Positions 1-13,817 of a DNA stretch of 64,000 nt are shown here, in pieces. The translations under genes and the position numbers were made by a program. Location of the stretch: contig NC_087251.1 in the NCBI RefSeq assembly GCF_037042905.1, forward strand, positions 18,106,001 to 18,170,000, given 5' to 3'. This stretch comes from Lytechinus pictus. Lineage: Eukaryota. The notes beneath the pieces were generated by a model, which had not been told where the DNA came from, made no database searches, and worked only from the letters and a program-made list of their open reading frames with translations. The stretch's first letter is position 1; each line of letters opens with the position of its first letter.

Positions 1-2143
1 GGGAAAATAAAAAGGCAGGGAAAATAAAAAGGCAGGAAAAATGAAGAATGAATGAAAAAAAAACGAAAAACATTCATGGAAAGAATAAAGAAAAAGATTT
101 TTATAAATTAATAGAAGAAAGACAGAGAGAAAAAAGAAAATAAAGAAAGAGAGTAAATCAAGAACGAACGGAAAAGAATGAGCGAAAGAAAGAAAAAAAA
201 AGAAATAAAGAAAGTAAAAAGAGACACAAAAGTGTCAGAAAGCAGAAATTTAAAAAAATGAGAGCGAACGAACGAACGAACAAAAAAAAGAACAAAATTG
301 AAAATAAACAAAACAAAGAAAAATAAGGGAGGAAATTTGAAATTTAAGGGCAGGAAGAAAGAAAGAAAAAAGGAAAAAACAAATATAAAGACGAAAGAAT
401 GAATGAAAGAAAGAAAAATAAGGAAGAAATAAAAATATTGCAAAAAATAAATTGAAGGTAGACAGAACAAGAAAAAAAAGAGAAATGGAAAGAAAGAGAG
501 AAAAAAGGGAAATAAAAAAGCAGAAATAAAGACTTAGTAAAGAAAAAAAAGGAAAATGGAAAATAAAAAAGGAAGAAACATGAAGAATAAATGAAACAAA
601 GGAAAAGAAAAATAAAGAAGAAATTTAAAGATTAAAAAGAATAAAACAAAACAAACCGGATAATGAAAGGAAGGAAGACAGACAGACAGATAGAAAAGAA
701 GAAAAAGAGAACATAAATATATAAATTTAAAAAAAGGATAGAATAAGAGACGGGCAAAATAAAGGGTGAATTAAAGAAAGGGTGCATGGGAGAAATACCG
801 GTTACTACCAGTGTCCATCTATTTTTTAGCAAGAAAGAACGCGGACATCATGAGATGTGATAACCCTCTCGCTATCTTAAATATTATCATAAATATCGTA
901 AGAAGATAAGAAAGATAAAAGATAAGAACGTTTTCAGAATACCACTTATCTTGATTTTGTTCTTATCTTTTTAGCGCGCTTTTGTATATGCACGAGTTAT
1001 AAATTTACGCGCTCAGCATAGGATGGAAAGCAAGATAAGAACAAAAGATAAGAAAAAGATAAGAACGTTTTCGGAATACCAATTTGAGAACGTGACGTAG
1101 ATAAGAACAAAATTAAGATAAGAACGTTTTCAGAATACCGCCCCAGGGAGTTGGGAACTCCCTGCTTACACGCACACCCTTCCTTTGTACACAAACTCTT
1201 TCCCTTCAACTATATTCAAATGTTATGTAACACCATTGTATTTTGTGAATTGGTACAGAGAGAAGGTCTTAGGGGTCGTTAGGAGGGTTGAGCATTGTTT
1301 GTTGCCTACCTTGGTCTGGGTACAATTCATCATCATTAGTTTTGGATCTGTCTTGTATTTACTTTAGTATGCCAGCCAGCAGTCCTTGTGATACATGTAA
1401 ATGTGTAGACTGAGAATGAGATGTCTTTCTTCCAATTTATAGTGTTTAATGGCAGGAATTTCTTAGGATATGGGACAAAAGTGTTTTGGTGCAAGAGGAT
1501 GCAGAGTCTATGTATGTAAATGTACTGTAGTGTAGAAATAGAATTTAGATTTATATGTTTTCAATTACATTTACATTGACCAAAAATTAACCTGAAAATA
1601 CAGTTAAGTCTGTATATATGTAAATTGCATAGATGTTTAGGCACTTGTCGACCATAATATGCAAAACATGTAGGCCTACAGTATTAATTACGTGTACACC
1701 TTCTCAGTCGTACATGTATTCGGCCCAAGTCAAACAAGCCTCTGTGTTCCCAAGAGATTGAACCCAGACACATACTGTATAAGTATGAATCCCTTCACAC
1801 AAATCTTCATCCAGAATGTAGGCACATGCCCCTCCCCTCCCCCTCCCACATACTCAAAATTGGCATTGCTGCACATCTCTCCTGTTTTAAAATAAATGAG
1901 AGACACATGTACTCTGTTCATCCCCTGGTCTGAAAAGCTGTAACTGAATACCATAATTAAAGTGAATAATTGTGAACCTAAAGGAAACCCACTGTAAAAA
2001 TAACATTGTAAGAAATACAATGTAGACCTATTTTCTGCGACCAAGACATCTTGATCCACTACTATTAGGAGGAGTATTAATATATTATTTGACATCTGTC
2101 TTACAGTATGACTTTATTTTGTTTTTGTTTCTATTTTAAACAG

Positions 2144-2266
2144 AGAGGAGACTTCTCCTATGGTGATGAGGATCTGGACCCAGCTGAAGAGGTCTTGACT
2201 GTAGAAGCACACTATATTCCTCTTCAGCAAGACACCATGTCCAAATCAAAGGATCAATCATTCTTG
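2144..2266 (+). CDS. SELENON: Selenoprotein N, internal coding exon (earlier exons lie upstream of the window)
   Basis: Boundaries are cag|...|gtaag. Translates RGDFSYGDEDLDPAEEVLTVEAHYIPLQQDTMSKSKDQSFL, resembling SelN EETLTIEARFQPLLPETMTKSKD. Phase 0 joins the next exon. Confidence 0.88.
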
Positions 2267-2527
2267 GTAAGAAAAAATGGTCCTGTTGTATAGAATTCAT
2301 TCTTACCAGGTAATTTACTTATTTTGACATCCAGTGAGGTAACCATGGATGGAATCCTTGATGGTTATTGAAAGTTTAGCATTGTAAATAAAAACCTTGC
2401 ACACCTCTCATCAGTTGGTACATGTAAAAATCAATTATTTCCAGGGAAGTTACTGTTGGATGGCAGAATTACTATTTTATGCAACAGGCATCAGAATTCA
2501 TATTTTCTTTGTAGTATATACCCCTTC

Positions 2528-5415
2528 CAAGGTTACCAGACGTCCCGTTTTTCCCGGGATCGTCCCATATTTTGCTCCTTTGTACCGGCGTCCCGACAAA
2601 CCCTTCCCGCGACGCCTATTTGTCCTGTATTTCAGAATATTGAACATAATGCAGTTAATACATTTAAAAGTGACGAATTTTCACCAAATACCAACAGATG
2701 ACGAAGCAGAGACAACAATAAAATCGATAACTAAACTTTTGCAAGTTCTGCGGTGATTGTATTGACCCAATACATTGCAAACAAACTGGCCTCCTGCCTG
2801 TGTGTGGCAGGCTACTAGCTAGGCATGTAGGATCGGAGCAGATTCTCAATGGTGCAGACAATGACATGATAAACAGTTTTCCACCATAATAATCACAAAA
2901 TCGGCGGGAAATTTGTATAATTATAAATTATTATGGATTCTCAGATTACTGATTTGGAGATGTAATCAGAGGACAAGTTATTGAGTTTTCATAACTAGAT
3001 CTAATTGTTTCAGCTTTCGCTTTGAGTCTTGTTGTGTATGATGCGGCGATGTTTCATCTAATTATCAAGTTGACAATGTTTCACTTTGAAATTTTATTCA
3101 TTTCTAAAACATTTTAGATTTTCAATTTAAAAAATATGTTAAAAAAATACCAAATATCATTATGATTTTTGTTAGATGATTGGATTGTTTTTGTTTGCTT
3201 GAAGTTTAAACTTTGTTCCTCTTTCTTTCTTTTCTATTCTTCTTTCATCATCCTTCTATCCTTCTTTCTTCATCCTTCTATCCTTCTTGCTTGCCTTATT
3301 TTGTTCCATCTATCTTTATTTCCTATCTTTCTTTCCTGGTCCTTTCTCTCTGTTTTCATTTTTCTTTCTTTCCTTCTTTCTCTTACCTTCCTTCTTTATT
3401 AAATTTCCTTTTACTATTTCCTTCATTCTACCTCTATTTCCTTCATTCTTTCTTTCCTTAAACTTTTCTTTGCTTCTTTCTCCCTTCCTCTCCTTTTTCT
3501 TTTGGTTCTTTCTCTCCTTCCATAATTTTCTTTTTTCATTCTCTCCTCCTTTCATATTCTCTTCTCCCTTCATTCTTTCCTCCCTCTCTTTCCTCTTTTC
3601 TTTCATTCTTTATTTTATTTTCCCTTCTAATTCTTTCTTTCCCTCCCTTCCCTCGCTCCTTCCTGTTTTTCTTCTTTCTTTGTTACTTTCTTTCTTTCAA
3701 AGAATGAAGGAAACATTTTTCTTTCCTTCATTCTTTCTTTCCTCCTCCTTTTTTCTTTCTTTTTTTTTCTTCTCTCCTTTATTTTGTCTTTCACAAATTT
3801 ATTCATCTTCCCTTCCTTTCTTTTTCTTTCTTTTTTATATTCAATTCAAAGAATGACGGAAAACATTTTTCTCTCTTTTATTCTTTCTTTCATCCTTCTT
3901 TTATTTTTTCCTTCATTTTCCCTCACCTGCATAGCAGAGTGAGACTATAGGCACCGCTTTTCCGCCGGCGGCGGCGTCAACACCAAATCTTAACCAAAGG
4001 TTAAGTTTTTGAAATGACAGCATAACTTAGAAAGTATATAGACCTAGTTCATGAAACTTGGCCATAAGGTTAATCAAGTATTACTGAACATCCTGCCTGA
4101 GTTTCCACGTCACATGACCAAGGTCAAATGTCATTTAGGGTCAATGAACTTAGACCATGTTGGAGGAATCAGCATCAAAATCTTAACCTAGGTTTAAGTT
4201 TTTGAAATGTCATCATAACCTAGAAAATATATGGACATAGTTAATGAAACTTGGACATAAGGTTGATCAAGTATTACTGAACATCCTGCCTGAGTTTCAC
4301 GTCACATGACCAAGGTCAAAGGTCATTTATTTTAGGGTCAATGAACTTTGGCCAAATTGGGGGTATCTGTTGAATTACCATCATAACTTTGAAAGTTTAT
4401 GGATCTCATTCATGAAACTTGGACATAAGAGTAATCAAGTATCACTGAACATCCTGTGCAAGTTTCAGGTCACATGATTAAGGTCAAAGGTCATTTAGGG
4501 TCAATGAACTTTGGCCGAATTGGGGGTATTTGTTGAATTACCATCATAACTTTGAAAATTTATTGGTCTAGTTCATAAAACTTGGACATAAGAGTAATCA
4601 AGTACTAGTATCACTGAACATCCTGTGCGCATTTCAGGTCACATGACCAAGGTCAAAGGTCAATAAACTTTGGCCATAATGGGGGTATCTGTTGAATTAC
4701 CATCATAACTTTGAAAATTTATTGGTCTAGTTCATAAAACTTGGACATAAGAGTAATCAAGTATCACTGAACATCCTGTGCGCATTTCAGGTCACATGAC
4801 CAAGGTCAAAGGTCAATAAACTTTGGCCATAATGGGGGTATCTGTTGAATTACCATCATAACTTTGAAAGTTTATGGATCTGATTCATGAAACTTGGACA
4901 TAAGAGTAATCAAGTATCACTGAACATCCCATCAAAGTTTCAGGTCACATGACCAATGTCAAAGTTCATTTAAGTTCATTGAACTTTGGCCATTTTAGAG
5001 GTAATCATTAGATTGCTGTCATAACTTTCAAAGTTTATAGATATAGTGTATAAAATGTGGATATAGGGGTAATCAAGTATCACTGACAAGTTTTAGGTCA
5101 CATGATCAAGGTCAAATGTCAATAAACGTAGTATTGTATCATTATATGAATGGTGTTTTTTGTGAATAATTATTTTATAATAGTTTTCAAAGTCAGCACT
5201 GCTACTATATTGAATCGCGTGATGCAGGTGAGACCGCCAGAGGCATTCCACTTGTTTCTTTCTTCTCAATTCATATTTTTTCTTTCTCTCCTTCATTCTT
5301 TCGTTCACCCTTCCTTCCAATTCTTTATTTTTTTTACAAGTCTAACACTGTGTAGCCTTCTTTGTTGATCTTTTTTGTCGTCCCGTATTTCATTTTGTGA
5401 AATCCGGTCACCCTG
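2528..5415. mobile_element. Non-autonomous hAT-like DNA transposon in a SELENON intron, containing a nested repeat element
   Basis: Imperfect TIRs CAAGGTTACCAGA / TCCGGTCACCCTG, flanked by the 8-bp near-duplication accccttc / acccctcc. Confidence 0.55.
3922..5256. mobile_element. Helentron/HINE-like non-autonomous element carrying an array of about seven 150-190-bp units
   Basis: Subterminal inverted repeats CTCACCTGCAT / ATGCAGGTGAG, a short 3' tail ending CTTGTT, and T-rich flanks. Each unit has CATGAAACTTGGACATAAG...GTCACATGACCAAGGTCAAAGGTCA. Confidence 0.65.
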
Positions 5416-5659
5416 ACCCCTCCTCCTTTTTCTTTAATATGATAATGGGTGGTTTTAATGATGATTTGTAAGCTTTAACTGGGTGCAGAATAGTGTTCAC
5501 CAGGTCATGTAAAACTAAGTCATCTATTTATTTTTTATTTATGAATCAGATTGCACAAGTTTTCAAACCAATATGACATTTGTTGTTGCTAACAAGAAAG
5601 TGAAACACTTTAGATTAAAATTATTTTGATCATACGTGTATTTTTTATTCTGTGTTCTA

Positions 5660-5969
5660 TGGCCCGTATTCTGAAGTCATGTTTTATTTGAACTCTGGTT
5701 CAAATTTGTGGTTTAACTATGGAAAGCAAGTTGTGACATAAATCTGTAAGATTAGAGGCTAAATGTATCAGCCTTTTTGACTCTCAAATAACTGTCTGTG
5801 AAGGATAAAGAAGACAGTCGTCTTCACCATTAAAGAATTAGAAAAAGAGCACGGTAAACCTAAGAAGAATACAATATAAACATAATTTTGACATGTTTGG
5901 CTTCCTATAATTTTAGCACAGAGTTGTAGACCATGGTCTAAGTTAAACCTTCCTTCAGAATACAGGCCT
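5660..5969. mobile_element. MITE
   Basis: TIRs TGGCCCGTATTCTGAAG / CTTCAGAATACAGGCCT. Confidence 0.6.
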
Positions 5970-6698
5970 ATGTGTCCACAGTCCACTATCCTAGTATCCT
6001 GAAGGAAAATAACATACTTGGGCCTTTAGATCTGTTGGTATTTTCTATTTTGTGCATTTCAAACACATTTTAAAAATTGCTGACAAGATAACTCATAATT
6101 TTGCCTCTCCAAATGAAGATTTTGAACAGAATTTTTTTAAATAACTTTAAGTCTCCTCAAAACCCTTTGATTAGTCAGCCAGATATTGGGGGTTTACAAA
6201 CTGGATAGTTAAAAGAAGTTAACTACAGAGACAATTTGTTCATAAGTCATTGTATGATTTGTTGTGCCTCTTTGTTTTACATTAAACAAGTAAAATCTCA
6301 TATGTAAGTTGGTATTAAGTTTGCTGAGACATTTCCATGTATTAACACAAAGGAGGACAAGGTCTGTAATAAATCTCCTACCCACTACAAAATTATAGAA
6401 ACTTTCATGATGAAAAATGCTCTGTCACTTCCTGCATTTACATACTTTATGTACAAAAGCAAGATGACTATAAATCACACAATTATGTGATTTGTTGACC
6501 TGAGACCTTCAGTCACTACATGTAGGTACACGTAGGTAGGCCTATTCCCCTAAGACTATGGCTAACGATGCAGTTAAACAAGAAATATAGAATCATGATG
6601 GCATCTTTGGTGCGTTTAATTTAACCATATCTAGCTCCATGATTTAACTTTATCCTAGATTGGGTTCTGCAGAATCGCCTTTCAAATGGCACCCTTGT

Positions 6699-7662
6699 AT
6701 GCTTTTCACATTGCATTTCCTTAACCCCGGACTATCCTTGACCCCATACTATCTTTTTTTTTATTCACACTAGGTGGTTTCAGACCGCCTCGAAGTTCGT
6801 CAGTTCCAGGTATTCTCTGATCGGGAAATTTACCCCGATCAGAAAATACCAGGTATTTTGGTAATGTGAAAGCAAACTACGCATAATTTCCCCGAAAGAA
6901 AATACCCGCTAAATAGTTGGTACTAACTACTTGGGCGAAATTATGAGAACTTTTGCGGGGATTTTTCCAAGGTCGCAGGTATTTTGGCAATGTGAAAGCA
7001 ATTTACGGGAACTTTTAGCCCAGCGTGTCGTTGGGCGCCGGCGCCGTGGGTGGCTGCTGGGCTAGTGATTTTGAATCTCGCGCCTTGCCTGCTTATACAG
7101 ACCATACTGCGCATGCTCGTAACTTCTGGAACTTATCCCGAAGGGTATGTTTCGGGGTGGTGTGAATGCAGGAATAATTAATGGGTATTTTTTAGCCTAA
7201 AAAAGTTCTCGTAATTTAACGGGGATTCTTATGATCGAGGCGGTTTGAAACCACCTACTGTCTTTCTTAACCCCATACTATCTACTTAGCCGGGGTTATG
7301 CCCCTTAACCACGGACTATCCCACAGCTCATGAATAATGATGATTTTACCATACAGAGCATGATTAACGTGCAATTTCGACTTCTGTGATTGGCTATTGC
7401 TTAGCCCCACTTTTCCTTAGCCCAGTTTCGTTTCACACTGCATCTCTTAGCACCCCAATTGTGGTGCTAGCACCACAATAAGCCGGCTAACCCTGCTTTT
7501 TTGCAGGGCCAGATAGTACCGTACCATTTACTGTGCTAGCCCACTTTGCTAAAATGTAGTGTGAAAACGAAGTGGGCCGGGAAATTGGTGGGATTAAGGC
7601 CCCCTCCCTTAGCCCCACCAATTTCCCGGGGTTAAGGAAAAAAAGTACAGTGTGAAAAGCAT
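6699..7662. mobile_element. MITE hosting a nested MITE
   Basis: TIRs ATGCTTTTCACA...CCTTAACCCCGG / CCGGGGTTAAGG...TGTGAAAAGCAT. Confidence 0.7.
6772..7256. mobile_element. Nested MITE with 3-bp TSD (PIF/Harbinger-like)
   Basis: TIRs AGGTGGTTTCAGACCGCCTCGA / TCGAGGCGGTTTGAAACCACCT, with ACT duplicated on both sides. Confidence 0.75.
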
Positions 7663-7794
7663 ATTAGAGTATCATATTGGGATCAAGGAACCACAGGGAC
7701 CGAGGGGATTTCAGACCCCACTTTTTTCAGTAGACGTGTAAAAAAAACCTAAAATACATAAGAAATCTTATTACGATTGTTTGCACGTCAGTAA

Positions 7795-9041
7795 TACCTT
7801 GGTCACATTTGCTCTACGGCGGCCGTAGATACCTGAATTCGAGAGATTTCTGCGGCGGCCGCAGAAAATCTCCGGTGGCCGCATTTTTTATATCTAAAGT
7901 GGCTAACCTGAGTAAAATATGACCTTATCATTATTATTATGAGGAGTTGAATGCTGATTTTTGTTGTTGTTTCCTAGGGTGTAGTTCTTACTTAAGACTA
8001 ACACGTTTATTAACATCTTAACTTAATTCATACAAACAAGTTAACATGGTCCAAATAAATAATGCGAACGCGATTTTTGATAGCTTGTGTATAGACCTAT
8101 CAGTCAGCGCGACCTGAAAATTGTTTATATTCCAAAATGACCCAAAGTTTGGAAATTCTAAGCATTATTGGTAATCATGAACAGGATGGGCACTTAAAAA
8201 TCATTCGATGCGAGCATGAAGCGCGAGCTGAACTTTTTTTATATTCCGTTCCAAAACCAGACATTCCAAGCAATTTAGGTAATCATTAACAGGATGTCCA
8301 TCTAACTAATCATTCGATGCGAGCGCGAATCACCCCAAAGGTCGAATTTGCCCCCCTTCCTAGGTCGAACATTACTGATCGTATAATATTCAGATCACTG
8401 TCGAACATTAATTTGGCGGCCCCCTTCCTAGGTCGAACAATTGGCGCCCCCGCACTTTTATTACTCCCCCCTTTGTCCTTTTCTTATCTCTTCTCTCCTT
8501 TTCCCTTTTTCTTCTTTCCCCCTCTTTTTTTATCTCCCTTTTCTTTCCCTTTCTTTCCTCCCTCTTTTTGGCGCCCCCTTTTCGCCTACCCGGGAGCCCG
8601 GACCCCGAAAACCCACCCCCTCCCTCCCGCCCAGAATACGCGCATGGGCATGGTGCGACACTTTGAAAACTTTCTGAAATGAAATGTTTAATGTAAAATA
8701 TCATGTGACAAGCAATTCATGGTATACTCACTGTATAGTCCCCCTGCGGCCGCCGTGAGGGCGCCTTGCGGCCACCTCGCGTTTGCCGTTGTATTTGTCA
8801 AAAACCTACGGTCAGCGCAGGGTCGCCCTACGGCGACCGCACGTCATGATTTCAAGGACATACGTCAGCCGCAGATTTTTTTTCTCCATAAATTAAAGAA
8901 TATGCCGTGCGGCGACCGTAACATATGTGACCGCAAGAGTAAGTGGCGGTGGAACGTGGAAATTCTGCGGCGACCGTAGAATTGCTACTCGCCGTAGAAA
9001 TTTTAGAATCTACGGCGGCCGTAGCAAATGTGACCAAGGTA
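7795..9041. mobile_element. PIF/Harbinger-like MITE with an internal insertion
   Basis: TIRs TACCTTGGTCACATTTGCT(CT)ACGGCGGCCGTAGAT / ATCTACGGCGGCCGTAGCAAATGTGACCAAGGTA, flanked by TAA/TTA. Confidence 0.75.
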
Positions 9042-11098
9042 TTAGATGTAAAATGTCAAAATAACAACATGACAACATGTTGTATGACAGAGCATGGAAT
9101 CACCCTCTTATGGATTTCAAATGTCTTGGTTTTTAAATTCATTTATTTTATTGGTTTGAAACATAAGTTTTTCTTACATTCTGTACAGTCATTTGGATTC
9201 CTCTCAGAAATTCCAGCTGTGTTGGGTTGGAATATTATTTGCCGGAAGGCAGAAAGGAAATTTAAGGATCAAATTTGTCATTTTGACCCATTTTATAGTT
9301 TCACTTGTATTGTCTACATGTACATTGTTTTATGGTCTAAATGTAGTACTGGTATGTTAAACAACATATTTTTCAGTTTTTACAGACTGTACTCCTGGTG
9401 TATTGTCAGTTTTCGATTTAATGTAAAATTATTCAGGTTAGAAATTTGTAGCTTCATATCCTAATGATTTCAGACACTTTTATTCATTTGATAAGTGAAA
9501 AAGATACAGAATGTACACGTACATGTACATGTATGTCTACTCACTCTACATGTATGTAGCTATGATCATCCCTGCCCTAAATTTGTTATTAAGTTGAGAA
9601 AGAGAAGCTTGATGGGAAGCAATGTAAACAATGATAATTACATGTATTTTTTTCCAGTTTGCTTATACTGTAGGCCTATATCCTTTGAATAATGGAAAAC
9701 GCCCTCAAATGAATGTTTTGGTTTTCCCCTTTTTATTCTAAACGTTGAAGTGTTTGGTTCTCTGATAGCTCTATTGTAATTTCTGAAAAAGAAACTTGAG
9801 ATAATCCAAAATAACACGCAACAAGTACTCATGATGGCAATGTCAATTGTGTTAGCCATGTTTATTGCTTGAACATAATGATGATTATGATTCATGTTGC
9901 TGTGTATAATCACATTGCTGATCACCCTCTTCCTCTCATATGTAAATGATCCTCAAACTCCAGTGGTCTGTCAACAACTTTTATTGTTGGATCAGCTGTT
10001 GTGATGTCAGCTGATTTTGCAGCAGAATAACAAAAACTCAAAATGCCAAATTACTCTGCTAGAATGTCGATTACCTGCAGAGTTGATTGTCATTTTGAAG
10101 TGTTTTAGAGAAATTAATGATGAGTTGATGATTATATTTTGATTGGTTCCATGGATAATATGTGACACATATTCATCCCATAGAATTTCATTGTTTTTTT
10201 GCAGTTATTTTTTTGTGTTCAACAATCATTGCATCTTTTATTTGATGTTATGACTTATGATGTATGTTTTATGCATAATACATGTGTCCAAAGAGTACCA
10301 TATTAAATGATTTACTTTTAATAACTTTCTCTGCAAGGTAACTGTACTTTTTCAACACAATACATGTAGTATAATAATTTGATTGTTTATTGTATGTATG
10401 AATTCTGTGGCTGTATAATCACCTTAAGTTTTTATATCTAATTAGTCAATTAGTTGAAACAGACCATTGTATGCAGGGACAATTAAATAAGAATTAAGAG
10501 TAGCCTATATTGTCTTGATCTGATGGCCTAAAATGCTAAAATATATTTTTCTTCTGTACCCGAGTCTCAAAAGAATTAAGGCCATAAAATTTACAAATTG
10601 CTATTTCTTTGTGATGTACATGTAGTAATTTGCTCTTGATTTTGTTTTGTTTATTAAAAATGCACTACATACTAGTACAAATATGTGAAAGTTACTGACT
10701 GTACATAGAAGTTGATTTTTTATCTGACTGCTAAATAAAGCATGAATGCTTCCAGAGGACCAAAGGCTTGAGGTCCTCTCAGAGTGACCTGGTAAAAGGG
10801 GTAAATTATGTCTTATCAAAGGGCTCTAGCACAACAAGTGATTGCCAGCCCACCGTTATGGGGACTGAGGTATCATGCCTCCATGATCTTTTTTCCCATG
10901 ATCTCAATTTTCATGTTAAGTAATTTGTGCGATTCTTTAACTTGTATGAAAGTATTATTTACTAATGTGCCATACATATTACATAAGTTGAGTGATTTTT
11001 TGTGTGTGTGTATTTCTTCATTCTGCATACAAAATATTCCCATGAATAGTAACTGAAACATAAATAATCCTAACATCCTGTTCCTTGTGGTCTTTCAG

Positions 11099-11433
11099 AC
11101 CAGCAGGTCATCTCTATCCTCACTGGATGGCTGGCAGACACCGAACGAACCGGTCACTGCCTTCCCAGCCAGTGCCTTCCGTCCACTCCTTCCAGAGAAC
11201 CATGTCCAGGTTGGCAAGGTCTACACCATCATCAAATCTAAACTCAGTATGATGACCAACCAGCTGTCCAGTAACCGTTACTACCCACCAAGGGTCAAAG
11301 GCAAGGAGATCATCATCCATAGGCTACTCAGCGTCTTCCACTCAAGGCCGTTTGTCCACTCCAGGTTCGGTCCACAGGGCACCGTGGCAGTCGTGAAGGC
11401 GGTCAGTGCAGAATATCTTGATATTGTCTTTAG
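11099..11433 (+). CDS. SELENON: Selenoprotein N coding exon
   Basis: AG/GT boundaries. LSSNRYYPPRVKGKEIIIHRLLSVFHSRPFVHSRFGPQG matches SelN [39 protein letters not shown]. Confidence 0.96.
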
Positions 11434-11978
11434 GTAATCAATGATTTTATCTTATACCTAGATTCATTTTATATCAGGACATTGACAAAAATACATACAT
11501 ATATTAGAAACCAAAACAAACAAAATAGCATACAGACATATATTATGTGTATGTTATTATACATATTATGCTTGCTATTATGTATCATCTAGCAAAATAT
11601 TTAGAGAATTAGCAAATGTATTGAAATTAGTATGCAGTGCATACACTACTTGTATCCAGGAAAATTTGAAACAATTGATTGGAAGTCTTAGGCAGTTTCC
11701 CTGATACTGCTTTACAAAAATCAACTTTGAAGTCTTTGATATGTATAATGAGCCATTAGATACCCATGGGAAAGTGCAGATTATTATGATGTGCCTCTAA
11801 ATAGTTTACTAGATAGATGGCGCATAATAAATGCCGTGTTTATTATTATTATTGTTATTATGTAAACTCGTACATTATTAGAAGTTTATACTGATTTCTG
11901 TTTGCCCAATAATGCTATCATCTAGTGTGGTGTTATAGTAGATAATGTTTTGAAAACATTCCTTCTCTTCTCCCACAG

Positions 11979-12130
11979 AACCCATGCAGAGTTTCAGCTG
12001 AATGAGCCACCGAGTCACCCATTCTGGTTCACACCGGCTCAGTTCATAGGTCATCTTATCATCAGGAAAGATGCCTCACACGTTGAGTACTTCAACATGC
12101 ATGTTCCTTCAAATAAGAGCTTGAATGTTG
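11979..12130 (+). CDS. SELENON: Selenoprotein N coding exon
   Basis: Encodes [50 protein letters not shown]. Splice phases are compatible with both neighbouring exons. Confidence 0.96.
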
Positions 12131-12597
12131 GTGAGTTCTTAGAATGTCATCCATCAATCTTCATTTAGTCATGTTTCTCACCACAGAGTAGTGGATGAGT
12201 TTTTTTTTAAGTCGCAATGATTGCTGGTAAATGGTATAGTTACTTGTACATGAGTAATCCATCTCTTATAATACTATTCTTTCTTCCCCCTCTTTCTCTT
12301 TTCTCTCTTTTATTTTTCATCTCTTGAAAATGGTGACATTGGTGGTCATTTCCTTGTAGCACAGCCCCCGTTTTTTAGTAGAAAAGTGGTGACACAAAAT
12401 ATGTATCTTGTGCATAACATAGAAGTGTCTGCAGCCTTAATGTCCCAATTGGCCAGACATTTTTTTGCATTTGCCACACTTGACCCAGAAGAGTAAATTC
12501 TAATTAATATTTGTGGATCACCAAGCAGTGACACATCTGAAGCCCATAAGTGCTGTGAAAGAACTCATTATTCATCTATTCATGTTCTTCTGTTTAG

Positions 12598-12845
12598 ATA
12601 TGGAATGGATGAATGGTCCCAATGAAGTTGAAAACATGGAGGTTGACATAGGCTTCATGCCACAGATGGAACTCAATGCTCCCAACCCATCCTCTCAGGT
12701 GACTATATACTCAGAGTCAGGTGATGTCATCTATCAACCGTCCAATCAGCAAGAGACGTCAGGTGGGCCGATCCATTGGGATGAAGAGATTGATATGGAA
12801 GAGGCCCTCGGGGTGTTAGAGAAGGAGATGTATCCATTTAAAAAG
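12598..12845 (+). CDS. SELENON: Selenoprotein N coding exon
   Basis: Encodes DMEWMNGPNEVENMEVDIGFMPQMEL...MYPFKK. Boundaries are tttag| and |gtgag. Confidence 0.96.
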
Positions 12846-13711
12846 GTGAGATCTCTTTAGTGTGGGGTCAGGAGTTAAGGGAGTTTTGCTGCAGGCAGTA
12901 TTTAGCTGCTATTAAGTGACAGAACATAAAGATTGACTGTTCGAGAGATTAAAACTACATGGCTACCACAAAACTATATCCAATGTGATGGTCATTCCTT
13001 TGTCATGGCGTTATATGTTTCTAAATAGAGCTGGCATTTTTACAAAGCATAATTTGAAAGATACTTCAGTCATTTAAACAAATGATTTTCCCATATTTAT
13101 GATTTTAAATGTTGTTGTCGTCCCAGCGACAGTTTGCAATCGTCTTTAGGGAAAAACTTAAAATACATATTCTGTATTGCTTTGGGAGGTTATCACAAAG
13201 AATTACAGCGATGAACATTTTTAGAATTTTATTATTTGAACATACCAGAATGTTTGTAGAATTTTACAACTTTAAATACATCTTTGATCCTTTCTTATCA
13301 TATATCTAACAGAAAATAGGAAGCTCTTTGAATTTCAACAGTAACTACTATAAATTGTTATAAAACTCCACTTATATATGATATTTCTTTGTAGCTTTCA
13401 TCATTAACACCACATGAGCACTGATGAGTCCACTTCTGGAATGGTTTTAAAACTAAAACTTTCATTAACTTTTCACTTGGTGCTTACTTCTTTTTCATAA
13501 TTAATTTAAGTCTGTTTTGTTCCACAAATGAATCATCTATGATGTGCTTTTTATAGCAAATGATCACATTTTGGTATCAGGCAATGCAATTTACTATAAC
13601 TCACTCTGCAATATATAGTTTCTCTCACCTGCATTGCTTCAAAATTACAATTAAATCCATAAATTATTTGCTTAACCTTAATTTGGTGGATATTTGATTA
13701 TATACTTTCAG

Positions 13712-13817
13712 ATTGAATATATTCCATTGAATGCAGCATTTAAAAAGGCCCAGGCAGAGAAGAGACTGGTTCATCATATCTTACTCTGGGGTGCATTAGA
13801 TGATCAGTCTTGCTGAG
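13712..13817 (+). CDS. SELENON: Selenoprotein N exon containing the Sec codon (TGA 13814-13816)
   Basis: Not in the ORF track. Translates [38 protein letters not shown]|gtaa, the conserved [13 protein letters not shown] motif. Confidence 0.97.

Noticed and set aside
1..830. Phe/Leu/Ser-rich and Lys/Glu-rich ORFs (also at 3169-3856, 18591-18845, 36548-37020, 57673-58097)
   Set aside because: They are translations of purine/pyrimidine low-complexity tracts, with no protein motifs or splice support.
3922..5256. CRISPR-like array
   Set aside because: The context is eukaryotic, the whole units are similar with no unique spacers, and there are no cas genes.
13814..13816. Premature stop making SELENON a pseudogene
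   Set aside because: The TGA is at the conserved Sec position, the downstream exons are intact, and both SRE and SECIS are present.
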